A stretch of 63,019 bases of DNA, filler included, from Octopus bimaculoides (lineage: Eukaryota): NCBI RefSeq assembly GCF_001194135.2. It is 9 parts of 9 records of this genome, joined end to end, with 100 filler letters (N's around TTAATTAATTAA, not from the genome) between each part and the next. Parts side by side here need not be neighbours in the genome. Positions count along the whole stretch, not along the records: positions 30,719 to 42,616 come from NC_068990.1; positions 42,717 to 46,331 come from NW_026315506.1; positions 46,432 to 53,029 come from NC_069002.1; 6 more parts are not named here. One strand, 5' to 3'. Positions 40,710-53,029 of this stretch are shown here, one piece after another (within the stretch, counting starts at the first letter, position 1; each line of letters starts with the position of its first letter). The notes below the pieces were generated by a model. The model was not told where the DNA came from. It worked only from the letters and a program-made list of their open reading frames with translations, and did no database searches. The translations under genes and the position numbers were made by a program.

Positions 40710-40900
40710 TACTGTTATACTCTGCTGGTCACAATGCGCTTCCAATTCTGTCTTGATTGTGCCATTCTTTCCCATCTTCACCCAAATTGCTTGACTAAAT
40801 TGTTTTCTTGTCGTGGAGGCCTTCCAACAGGTGTTTTCTGATCTCTTGGATACCACATGGCAACTGCACGTATTCACCTGTGGTCTGTGAACCTTATGGT
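40710..40900 (-). mobile_element. RTE-type LINE C-terminal remnant
   Basis: Frame-shifted ...MAQSRQNWKRIVTSRV* resembles the RTE terminal motif. Confidence 0.4.
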
Positions 40901-40998
40901 ATATCTTGGGCAGCAGAACTTGTTTTTTAGGTACTCTGCAATTATATCATTCAGACTGCTTCATTCTTGAATTATCTCATTTCGAATACACTCTCCAT

Positions 40999-41092
<94 letters not shown>

Positions 41093-41095
<3 letters not shown>

Positions 41096-41868
41096 TGGTG
41101 AGTCTGGCACTCGGGCTTCTCGCGCTTAGCCTGAGTATAAATTTAGTAAAGTGAATGTGTATTTGCAATCGGATTTAATTTCTGCAAACAGTGACTTCAA
41201 GTATGTAATTTCAGTCAATAATTCAGGTGACTTTTCTTGAGCCTGGCCACTGTTCATTTATTTTCATTCAGTGTCTGGCAGTGTCTTAGAAGTTTTCTAT
41301 GCCAACAAATATTATTTGTAGCGGATGTTCTCTCAACTTCATTCACATGTGCCTGATGCAGGTTCAGAAGTTGTTACCTATAATCCCAAGTTGTTTATCT
41401 ATAATAGTAAAAAATTAAAAGTAATTCAAATTCAATGTTTTCTTGAAACAATAAATTTCTATAGAGATTAGGATTTAAATTCCAATCTATGAAAAGTTTC
41501 CATTCTACAATATTCTTAAAGGAATGAAAATTTATCCAGCAACTTGGGATAATACAAACGAACCTGGTAGGTGAAAAAGACTAACTGGCATCTCTTGCGA
41601 AGAGTAAAGCTGACGGTCAGATCGCTGCTGTATGTTGTGCACTCTGTTGTTGTTATTTGACCGCTGTTATTCTGTGTGTTTGGGTGTAAAGGTCAGTTGT
41701 GTGTTGCAGAGTTGCTTTATTTTTACCCTTAACTTAGAAATGGAGAAAGACATAATACTAGACATAAAAAAAAAGCCATTTAGGGATAGAAATAAAGTGG
41801 AAAAATGCAAATTTCTTCAAGCAGGCATGTGTTTTAAGTACCATCTGTGATGAGCTCCAGTGTCACTA
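41093..41868 (+). mobile_element. hAT-like non-autonomous element (copy 2)
   Basis: Starts CAGTGG next to (TA)n; carries MEKDIILDIKKKPFRDRNKVEKCKFLQAG, resembling the N-terminus of ZMYM1-like hAT transposases. Confidence 0.65.
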
Positions 41869-42832
41869 ATGACCTGTTGTCACCTCTGAAAAATATATAT
41901 ATATATAATACAAATGATATGTGAGCATATGCATATATACATACATATATGTACATATCTACATCTACATGTATATATAGATGTATATCCGGGTACAAGA
42001 CATCAAAAATACGTGCACAAAAAAGGGAATGGGAACATGAACAAAGCACAAAAAACAGACTTTTTTTTCAGACAACAGAATGAACACATAGGAAATTAGA
42101 CACACTGACATACATATCTATCTCCTGTGGGGCAACATGTAAAAGTGCCAGTGTAGTGCCATGTAAAAGCACTCAGCACACTCTGTAAAATGTTTGGCAT
42201 TATGAAGGGCATCCAGCTGTAGAAACAATGTCAAATCAGACTGGAGTCTGGTGCAGCTCCCCAGCTTGCAAGTTCTGTTCAAACTGTATATTTATGTGTG
42301 TGTGTGTGTGTGTGCACTGTTGTGTTTGGAGAGAGTCATTCTCTTTTAGTGCCTTATATATATATAAATATATATATATCATCATCATCATCATCATCGT
42401 TTAACGTCCGCTTTCCATGCTAGCATGGGTTGGACGATTTGACTGAGGACTGGTGAAACCGGATGGCAACACCAGGCTCCAGTCTGATTTGGCAGAGTTT
42501 CTACAGCTGGATGCCCTTCCTAACGCCAACCACTCAGAGAGTGTAGTGGGTGCTTTTACGTGTCACCCGCACGAAAACGGCCACGCTCGAAATGGTGTCT
42601 TTTATGTGCCACCCGCNNNNNNNNNNNNNNNNNNNNNNNNNNNNNNNNNNNNNNNNNNNNTTAATTAATTAANNNNNNNNNNNNNNNNNNNNNNNNNNNN
42701 NNNNNNNNNNNNNNNNAGAAATATATATATATATATATATATAAATATACACACACACATTTATGAGGCCATATATACATAGATACAGAGCTATATGTAT
42801 TTATGTATACTTATATAAATATATAAGGAGAT

Positions 42833-42888
<56 letters not shown>

Positions 42889-43034
42889 AATATATGTACA
42901 TGCATACATATATATATGTACATATAGATAAGTATATTTCTCCAACTATCAATCAATATATGTATTTATATGTATGCATGTGTGTATACGTATATGTATA
43001 AAGATATATATCTTTATACATATATGTATACACA

Positions 43035-43070
<36 letters not shown>

Positions 43071-43127
43071 CAAGCACATATATATATATACACATTTATA
43101 TATACAAATCAATGAGTAATGTGTGTA

Positions 43128-43178
<51 letters not shown>

Positions 43179-43190
43179 NNNNNNNNNNNN

Positions 43191-43232
<42 letters not shown>

Positions 43233-44786
43233 GCGTGCGTAGACATAGACACACGCGCCCACAGTAATTTATATCTATGAATGTGTGGGTCGTTGTGTAA
43301 TTAGGGAACGGTTTCGCGTCTATTAATCTATCTTTACGGAGGAATTTTCCCATTTCCCGTTTCCTGGTTTAGAAATATATTAGCAAAGCCCTATCGTAAA
43401 CCCAGCTACCATAATGCACTGCATAGACTACCATCCGCCTCAAATACGCAAGCCATGCATATCTCTTTACTTTAAGAACCAAATAGTCTCCGGTTTATAA
43501 AGTAGATGAATACGTTAGTTAAAAACCCATAAAAACAATATATTTTTTTAACAGCCAGAGTAGTATATATGACATTAATAATAATAATAATAATAATAAC
43601 ATATATAGCCTGATAGACCCTGCTATGTCAAGATGGACTTATATATTCTTCCTCTGCTCTCTCCCACTTGGTTTTAATATGTTGCCACATTTGTAATATG
43701 TCTTTTTTTCTACATTTTTTCTACATTTTTTCGTGCAGCTGAAGATTGCTCTTCATATTGCATTTAAGGTAATGCTCGCATTACTTAAATAAATTGAAGT
43801 AGCATGAAACGTGCGTACTGCAATCACTTNNNNNNNNNNNNNNNNNNNNNNNNNNNNNNNNNNNNNNNNNNNNNNNNNNNNNNNNNNNNNNNNNNNNNNN
43901 NNNNNNNNNNNNNNNNNNNNNNNNNNNNNNNNNNNNNNNNNNNNNNNNNNNNNNNNNNNNNNNNNNNNNNNNNNNNNNNNNNNNNNNNNNNNNNNNNNNN
44001 NNNNNNNNNNNNNNNNNNNNNNNNNNNNNNNNNNNNNNNNNNNNNNNNNNNNNNNNNNNNNNNNNNNNNNNNNNNNNNNNNNNNNNNNNNNNNNNNNNNN
44101 NNNNNNNNNNNNNNNNNNNNNNNNNNNNNNNNNNNNNNNNNNNNNNNNNNNNNNNNNNNNNNNNNNNNNNNNNNNNNNNNNNNNNNNNNNNNNNNNNNNN
44201 NNNNNNNNNNNNNNNNNNNNNNNNNNNNNNNNNNNNNNNNNNNNNNNNNNNNNNNNNNNNNNNNNNNNNNNNNNNNNNNNNNNNNNNNNNNNNNNNNNNN
44301 NNNNNNNNNNNNNNNNNNNNNNNNNNNNNNNNNNNNNNNNNNNNNNNNNNNNNNNNNNNNNNNNNNNNNNNNNNNNNNNNNNNNNNNNNNNNNNNNNNNN
44401 NNNNNNNNNNNNNNNNNNNNNNNNNNNNNNNNNNNNNNNNNNNNNNNNNNNNNNNNNNNNNNNNNNNNNNNNNNNNNNNNNNNNNNNNNNNNNNNNNNNN
44501 NNNNNNNNNNNNNNNNNNNNNNNNNNNNNNNNNNNNNNNNNNNNNNNNNNNNNNNNNNNNNNNNNNNNNNNNNNNNNNNNNNNNNNNNNNNNNNNNNNNN
44601 NNNNNNNNNNNNNNNNNNNNNNNNNNNNNNNNNNNNNNNNNNNNNNNNNNNNNNNNNNNNNNNNNNNNNNNNNNNNNNNNNNNNNNNNNNNNNNNNNNNN
44701 NNNNNNNNNGATTTCTTTGGCTAACACCCTTTAAGGCGGTGCTCCAGCATGGACGCAGTCTAATTACTGAAACAAGAATAAAAGAA

Positions 44787-44823
<37 letters not shown>

Positions 44824-45104
44824 CTTTCTCTCCCTCTCTCTTTTCTCTGCTTGCTGCTGACGCGTGACCCGTGACCAATCCTTCTTCTTTGCCCCCCTTT
44901 TTCACACCGGTTGCGTAGCTGACCGATGGTATATTCTCTGTGTCCCCCTGCCTTGCTACTTCTTTGTTTTCTAATCCTTTAGCATGCCTTCTAAGCGTTA
45001 CCCACAATTCCTGTCTTTTTGGTCCTGGGGCTATATTTTGCTCCTTTCTTATTTATTCCATCTTTGTCCATTGTCTTGAATCACATTTATTCACCATCGC
45101 ATGT

Positions 45105-45435
45105 CCACTCTGGAAAGTTTTACAGATTTTTACAGTTCCAGTGATGGCTTGGATCAGTAATCTTCAAATCAGCTTTCTCCTTTCTGGTTTTGAGAAGCCT
45201 AATTTCTCAAGATTGGTATTCAGGCGGTGTGTTACATATCCCAGTACCCCAATAATTACAGGTATAAACCTGCACTTGTAATCTGGGTAGAGTAATTGCA
45301 CATTTCTCAATAGTTCAGCATAAGTATTTTCTTTTTCACCGATCATCAGTTTTATGTCAACATCCGCCGGGCAGCTAGTTTCCACAACTGCGCAGTTTCT
45401 CTTCTCTATCTGTACTCATTATATCAGGTATATTC
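45105..45435 (-). mobile_element. R4/Dong-type RLE domain fragment, 5' junction in (TACA)n
   Basis: PDIM...VETSCPADVDIKLMIGEKENTYAELLRNVQLLYPDYKCRFIPVIIGVLGYVTHRLNTNLEKLGF; same family as 29185-29588. Confidence 0.8.
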
Positions 45436-45961
45436 GTATGTATGTATGTATGTATGTATGTGTGTGTGTGTGTGTGTGTATTTATGTATGTGGTAGGTAG
45501 GTAGTATCAACCAAATGTTTAGAAAGCTACACAAATGCTAGACCTGCTGAAAATAGCCACCAAATGTCTCTCAAATCACACCACAGACAGACTTTCTCTT
45601 CTATGCTAGAGAACTTCTATTGCAAGAAAGAAACGGCAAAAATATTCAAACCACGATGAAAAGCGCCCAGATGAGTGGCTGGTCTGTTTGAAGCGCCAAC
45701 ATATAAAGAAGCCAGTAAGCCCTTGACGTTAGCGGGCTACCATAGCTCTGTGGTATAAACAGCGCCAAAGAGAAGTGATATATACAGCCGTAAAGATATC
45801 AATCTGTTTATATAGCCAAGGTGGCGGTGACGGGCTAGCGATGGCGGCGGCGGTGGTTTGCGGGATGTGAATCGCTTTTCTTTTTTGTACTCTAAGATTG
45901 TAAACGGCTTTGACACTCTCACATACACATACATTAAGATATATGTATGTGTATGTGTGTG

Positions 45962-46022
<61 letters not shown>

Positions 46023-46431
46023 TCATATATATAGATATATATATACATATATATAGCTGTGTTTGTACCTGTACGCATATATGTATATATACGGCATGTG
46101 TATGCATTCATACATACATATATATTACATATATATAAATCTGTGTGTATAAGCATGTGTGTGTGTGCCGGTGTCTCATTTATGTGTGTCTATCAGATAC
46201 ACAGCCACATAGACGCTAGTGTTTGTCAAACATTTGATTGCTACGACCACCACCACAACCACCACTACCATTGTCATCATCATCTTTCTCATATTATGAT
46301 TGCATCGTCCTTGTATATATGTACGTATATANNNNNNNNNNNNNNNNNNNNNNNNNNNNNNNNNNNNNNNNNNNNTTAATTAATTAANNNNNNNNNNNNN
46401 NNNNNNNNNNNNNNNNNNNNNNNNNNNNNNN

Positions 46432-46500
<69 letters not shown>

Positions 46501-46502
<2 letters not shown>

Positions 46503-46782
46503 CGAATGTGGAATCTAAAAACAGAAACAATTCCTATCATAGTAGGTGCCTTAGGTATAGTAAAAAAATATTCAGACAAATACATAACAAAAACACCAGG
46601 ACTTACAAATATATATAACATACAGAAAATTGCACTACTGGGCACCGCACACATCCTACGCAAAACACTTTCAATACAGTAACCATAAGAGCACCACAGC
46701 AAACCACAGCACATACCCAAGGCGCACAGAGCTGCGCTCGGTAGTGAAGTGAAAGCACGTTATAAAAATAAAACTACTGAAC
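46501..46782 (+). mobile_element. 5'-truncated Dong-like (R4 clade) element inserted in (TAA)n
   Basis: RMWNLKTETIPIIVGALGIVKK...QKIALLGTAHILRKTLSIQ*, then 3'UTR; (AAT)n on both sides. Confidence 0.8.
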
Positions 46783-46845
46783 AATAATAATAATAATAAT
46801 TAACAACACGAACAACATCAAGAATAACAAAAGTGTTCAACTGAC

Positions 46846-47091
46846 CTCAACTGTCACGGTGACATTTGTTGTGGAGTTCATGGATGGGCTGCCCATGTCA
46901 TAGGCCATGACAGTAATAATAATCTTGCCATTGAGATCAGGATCCAAACCTTCATAATCCAAAGGATTATTCAAAGAAACCTCTCCACGGAATTCATCAA
47001 TGGTGAAATTATTGGTTAAATTCCCTGGAGCATCAACAATCTTGTATTTCACTCTGCTGTTAATGGTGCCCATCTTATCGTTGTCTTTGGC
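46846..47091 (-). CDS. internal exon of a cadherin-superfamily gene (most of one extracellular cadherin repeat)
   Basis: Acceptor ttttatttctgcAG and donor GTCAGT flank 246 nt, phase 0/0, encoding AKDNDKMGTINSRVKYKIVDAPGNLTNNFTIDEFRGEVSLNNPLDYEGLDPDLNGKIIITVMAYDMGSPSMNSTTNVTVTVE (AxDxD, LDYE, AxDxGxP motifs). Confidence 0.92.
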
Positions 47092-47360
47092 CTGCAGAAA
47101 TAAAATTGATAATTAAATTAATAAGTATTTATATAATGACGTAATTGTGCATATGTATGCCTCTGTGTGTGTGTGTATGTGTGTGTGTTTGTGTGTGTGT
47201 GTGTGCGCGCGTACCAAAGACTATCCTGCCTGTCTGCATGTATGTATATGTTTATATGTTGTAGATGTAAACTCCTGTAGAGTTTACATTTGTCAGGAAT
47301 AAATACGAGTATACTCATTCTATGTATGTATGTATGTATGTATGTATGTATGTATGTATG

Positions 47361-47401
<41 letters not shown>

Positions 47402-47419
47402 GTCTACATACATATATAC

Positions 47420-47500
47420 AATTTCCAGAAGTTTATCATTTTAGTATATATGCATGAGAATACACATGCATAAAACAAAATATACAAATCCGTACGTATC
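47420..47500 (+). mobile_element. very short 3' fragment of the (TACA)n-associated R4 family
   Basis: TTTCCAGAAGTTTATCAT...CATAAAACAAAA matches ~29325-29405. Confidence 0.55.
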
Positions 47501-47769
47501 CATCCATCCATCCATACATACATCCATCCATCCATCCATACATCCATCCATCCATCCATACATCCATCCATCCATCCATCCATACATATACATACCTAGT
47601 TTTGCACTTGTGTGTCGTCTGATGTATATTACAGTCGCCCTTTGTTACAAGATCATGGCGAACCGTTAGGAGAGCGTTGTACATTGTATAATCAACAAAA
47701 TAGTCGGAGTAGGAAAAATTTACAACTTTAAAGTTTGCAATCAAACTCGTGACTCACACTGGCTATTAG

Positions 47770-48090
47770 TAACTTTTTCCGCACGTATTCATGTTTGTAG
47801 TTTTGTTAGTAATAAATAATAAGAGAGTCCTAATTTTAATGCTTTTATCGTGCATTATTAGTGTTTTTTTTAGCGTTTAGTACTATTTATATTGTGTTCA
47901 GTTTTGATAGGCTTTTGATAACGAGTTCATCAGTTTTATATGTAGAATGAATTTGAATCATGTCATGCCGTTTATGTGTGATCTGAGTATTTTTAAGAGG
48001 TGTTCAGGGTCTGATTAATTCATTGCGTTGTGTATGTTCCAACAATCTTCTATGGTTTTGTCTGTTAGTTCATGACAATATCTGTTTCTG
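47770..48090 (-). mobile_element. possible decayed Penelope GIY-YIG remnant
   Basis: RRLLEHTQ...SIKIRTLLLFITNK loosely matches the 'RL.EH...kiREAl.I' pattern. Confidence 0.35.
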
Positions 48091-48095
48091 ATTAA

Positions 48096-48129
<34 letters not shown>

Positions 48130-48188
48130 TTATATATATCTCTCTCTCTGTCTCTGTCTGTCTGTCTGTCTCTGTCTGTCTGTCTGTC

Positions 48189-48249
<61 letters not shown>

Positions 48250-49841
48250 NNNNNNNNNNNNNNNNNNNNNNNNNNNNNNNNNNNNNNNNNNNNNNNNNNN
48301 NNNNNNNNNNNNNNNNNNNNNNNNNNNNNNNNNNNNNNNNNNNNNNNNNNNNNNNNNNNNNNNNNNNNNNNNNNNNNNNNNNNNNNNNNNNNNNNNNNNN
48401 NNNNNNNNNNNNNNNNNNNNNNNNNNNNNNNNNNNNNNNNNNNNNNNNNNNNNNNNNNNNNNNNNNNNNNNNNNNNNNNNNNNNNNNNNNNNNNNNNNNN
48501 NNNNNNNNNNNNNNNNNNNNNNNNNNNNNNNNNNNNNNNNNNNNNNNNNNNNNNNNNNNNNNNNNNNNNNNNNNNNNNNNNNNNNNNNNNNNNNNNNNNN
48601 NNNNNNNNNNNNNNNNNNNNNNNNNNNNNNNNNNNNNNNNNNNNNNNNNNNNNNNNNNNNNNNNNNNNNNNNNNNNNNNNNNNNNNNNNNNNNNNNNNNN
48701 NNNNNNNNNNNNNNNNNNNNNNNNNNNNNNNNNNNNNNNNNNNNNNNNNNNNNNNNNNNNNNNNNNNNNNNNNNNNNNNNNNNNNNNNNATATATATATA
48801 TATATATACATTAGCGACATAGACAGTATTAATACCGACAGGTAATATTTATGCCCGCTTAAATATGGATGTTCTATTGGAACAAACTGTACTCAGGTAG
48901 TTAGCACGAGAGAGACTCTCGTATTGGTATTGTAGTGCAAAATGCACTCATGTTAATATCGCTATCATTTTCTGATTAGTGCTTGTTTCAGGCATTAAAT
49001 TAATTTTCTTTCTGCTGTTTCATTTGTCGAAGTCAATCAAACATTTGTGATTGTGTGGGCATTCGATGTCTGAGTGTTAGAGCATTGTCTAGAATACTTC
49101 ATGGTATTTGTTCCGAGTCTCTGTAGTCTGAGTTCAAATCCTATCGACCTCATCCACATTTCATCGTTCCAGGTTCAATAAAAATGGTCCGGTAGGATGT
49201 TTTGCGGTGTCTCTTCCTCGGTTTGCAGTCTGACAGCTACATAAGCAACGACACTAATACCAGACTACATCAACTCGGGTGAGCGGTCTTTCCCTTAGGT
49301 AAACATCGGTGGCATGGACAATAGAGACATAGGCAACGGCTGGTCTTCCTAAAAAAATTCTTGTTACGACTGTACGTACATGTAAAGATCAACAGTCAAA
49401 GATCAACGGTCAAAGATCAACGGTCAACGTTGATCGACACTATATAGTCGAAGGAACATGCCCAAGGTGCCACGCAGTGGAAATTCATTTGGAAAAATGT
49501 AGTTGGGGAGCAAACGTCTTACCACTCGGCCACACCTGTGAAACTTAGAGTAGCAGGAGACTGGTTCGATCAATACGCGGGGCTCGAGAAGAACAACAGC
49601 AACAGTGGTGTGACGTGAGTTTAGGATGATGTTGTTTGAGATATTTATGGATGAAAATGATGATAAGGGGGGGGGGGCGATAGTGAGGACAATGATGATG
49701 ATGGTGATGACGATGATGATGAGGATGATGATAATGATGATGATGATGATGGATGGATGTAGAGGAGGGAGAAGTAAAGGAGGGTGTTGCTGTTGATGTT
49801 AGCAATGACTTTAATGATAATATTCTCTTGATAATATGAGA

Positions 49842-49923
<82 letters not shown>

Positions 49924-49961
49924 NNNNNNNNNNNNNNNNNNNNNNNNNNNNNNNNNNNNNN

Positions 49962-50021
<60 letters not shown>

Positions 50022-50114
50022 CGTGTGTGTATGTGTGTGTGCGTGTGTATATATATATGCATATATATATATATTCATTTATATATATATATGTATGTAC
50101 ATATGCAGAGAGAA

Positions 50115-50145
<31 letters not shown>

Positions 50146-50164
50146 AAGAGAGAGGGAGAAAAGT

Positions 50165-50198
<34 letters not shown>

Positions 50199-50827
50199 AA
50201 AGAGAGTGAAAGAAAGAGAGACAGATATTACGCCTGACTTTACAGTCAAGCAGAATGAGATATAGACATGCAGGTATACGTCGAAAAGAAGGAGAGGCAG
50301 ACATATTGTCTGTTGTCTATATCTAAGATGGCTGCCTCTATTGTATAATATTTTATTTCTTTCATGTTTATAAGAGTCTGCAATGGCTGACATGGGTAGA
50401 TGTAGATTTCTTGATTTTTTGTTGTGTTCTTCAGATAAAGAAATCAATAGAAACACCGAACAAAACACAATAACAAGGACATCAACATAAACAACAACAC
50501 AAAAAACAACAACAACATACCCCGCGCCGAAAAAAAAAGTCGCAAAAACAAAAAAAATAAACAAGCAGAAGAAAGTGGAGGAATTTAAAGGGTTTTGCTG
50601 TATGCTGCAAGATCTAACAAATGTCTGAAGTAGTCATATAGACGTAGTTTGAATGTGCTCTAAAAATTCTGGTCACGATCAAAAATGGTAAGAGTAGAAC
50701 TTGATAAATAAAACATATTCTTAGTTTTATACGGAAGGATAAAAAGGCGGGAAAGATGGAATGGTGGATGAATGAAGAAACAAGAGAAGTTATTTCATTT
50801 TTTCTTACTCTTTTTCGTGTTACGTGT

Positions 50828-50892
50828 GAGGGTTCGGTTAGGGTTGGGGGTTAGGGTTAGAGTTAGGGTTACGGTTTTAGGGTTTAGGGTAT
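50828..50892. repeat. degenerate interstitial (TTAGGG)n
   Basis: GGTTAGGGTTGGGGGTTAGGGTTAGAGTTAGGGTTACGG... Confidence 0.7.
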
Positions 50893-52978
50893 GTTAAAGA
50901 TGTGGCTGGTCTGACGAAATCATACTGTATGGAAATCTGGAATCCTGTTCACAATGAAACATTGAATGATTGATTGATTGATTGATTGATTGATATATAA
51001 AAATATAGTGATAGATGTAAGAAAATGGGAGATGAAGTGTGTATATATAAATATCCATATATGTAGAAATATACATACACACACACATACACATATATGC
51101 TTATGTATATATGGATATATACAATGAGCCTATATATATATATAATTACTTATCTCTCTACGCACATATATATACATACGTTCTTATATATATATATATA
51201 TATATATGTGTATGTATGTATATATACGCATATATACACACCTACCTTTCTCTCTGAGTTTATCAATCGACAAATCTATCTATCCATCTTATATTCTCAT
51301 AGGCATATGTATACTAACATACATACATACGTACATACATACATACATACATACATACGCTCACACACATACACAGATATATATGAATGTGTGTGTGTAG
51401 GGGAGGAGAGAGGGAAGAAGCTCAACACATAAGTAAGTCGTTATGTCAGGTAAAACAGAGAGAACTAAGCATTATTTTATTATTTCCTTTATCTTTCAGC
51501 ATAAATATTGATTAATTTTATTGCGTAGATCGAAGAATACATTTATTTGGAAGTAGTGGTCGTACTGGAGAGGCAGAGGAGAAGGAAGGCGAGGCGGGTG
51601 GTAGAGTGTTTATATTTGACTGAATTAGAGTGAGATTTGAACTTGAAATATAAGTGTTCGCATAAAACTAAACAATGCACCACATGCAGCTGTATTCTAG
51701 CTACTTTAACAACAACAACAACAATAATAATAATGAGGGTTTCAAATTTTGGCACAAGGCCAGCAATTTCGGGGTTGGGAAAGTCGATTACATGCACTCT
51801 AAGCATCTTGCCGGGAGTGCTAACGGTTCTGCGAAGTCGCCTCCTTAGTAATAATAATAATGACCCTTTCTGCTAAAAGCACAAGGCCTGAAATTTGGAG
51901 GGAGGGGAGGGGCTAGTCGATAACGTCGACCCAGTGTTCAACTGGTACTTATTTTATCGATCCTGGAAGGATGAAAGATAAAGTTGGCTTCAAATGGAGT
52001 TGAACACTGAACGTAAAAAGACATTATTCGATATTGATATCAAATTTTGGCACAAGGCCTGAAAGGCCTTTGGCAGGAATCGATACCGGAACCTGCATTG
52101 ACACAACTAATTACCATAAGGTATTTAGTTGGACACCTTACTGATTCGCCCACTCCCTCATCCTTACAGATAGGATGTGCTCCTGTTATCCCTCTCACTA
52201 TCCAGATAGTTCTGGTTTATCTGGTTATAAATAAGTAAAGCACTGTCACTATCGTAATTTATATTTCGTATTAACAGCTTAGCACAAAACGATAGGTGGT
52301 ACAAAGATTAGATAACCTTACTGACAGAAGAGTCTGGAATACAGCTTCGCTTCCTAGTTGACCATTCACATGAACTACCGCAAATTTTTCAAATTCGATT
52401 CAGATTTTAATTTCAGTATCTATCAAATTTCTAGCAAATCAGCACTTACGGGTCCAATAACTCGATCTTCGGCAGCACGAGAAATGCTTTAGGAGATGCG
52501 TAGATGAAACCACCAACAAACAAGATATGGATTACAACAATGGTTCTGAGATTTTAGGTTCAATATCGGTCGAGGTTCCTATAAGTCGATCATCAGCAAC
52601 GCTAAAATCCCCTCAAACTTTCTAAGCTACATAGATGGAGCCACTTATAACAAAAAACGTATTTCAACACTGGTTCTTGCAAGGAGGCGAACCAACATCT
52701 TAATGACGGGTTTTTTTAATTATTGGAAGAAATTCTTCTCATGTCAACATTTTTTTCTCATTTTGAACTAAATTCTAGAAATGTTCCATCATTGGGAAAG
52801 TCTACCATTTACTCGGATATAATTAAAATATATGGAAAAATCCAGTTGATGTATATAACTCGCTTCATTTATTTAAAATACAAATTGACAGAAAACCAAA
52901 GAAAATAAATTTACACACGCACGTATATTTATATGTATATATGTATACACACATACACACACACATACATATATATAA

Positions 52979-53029
<51 letters not shown>

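Noticed and set aside
49384-49435. 14-bp unit AAAGATCAACGGTC x3
   Set aside because: Short local slippage repeat with no further structure.
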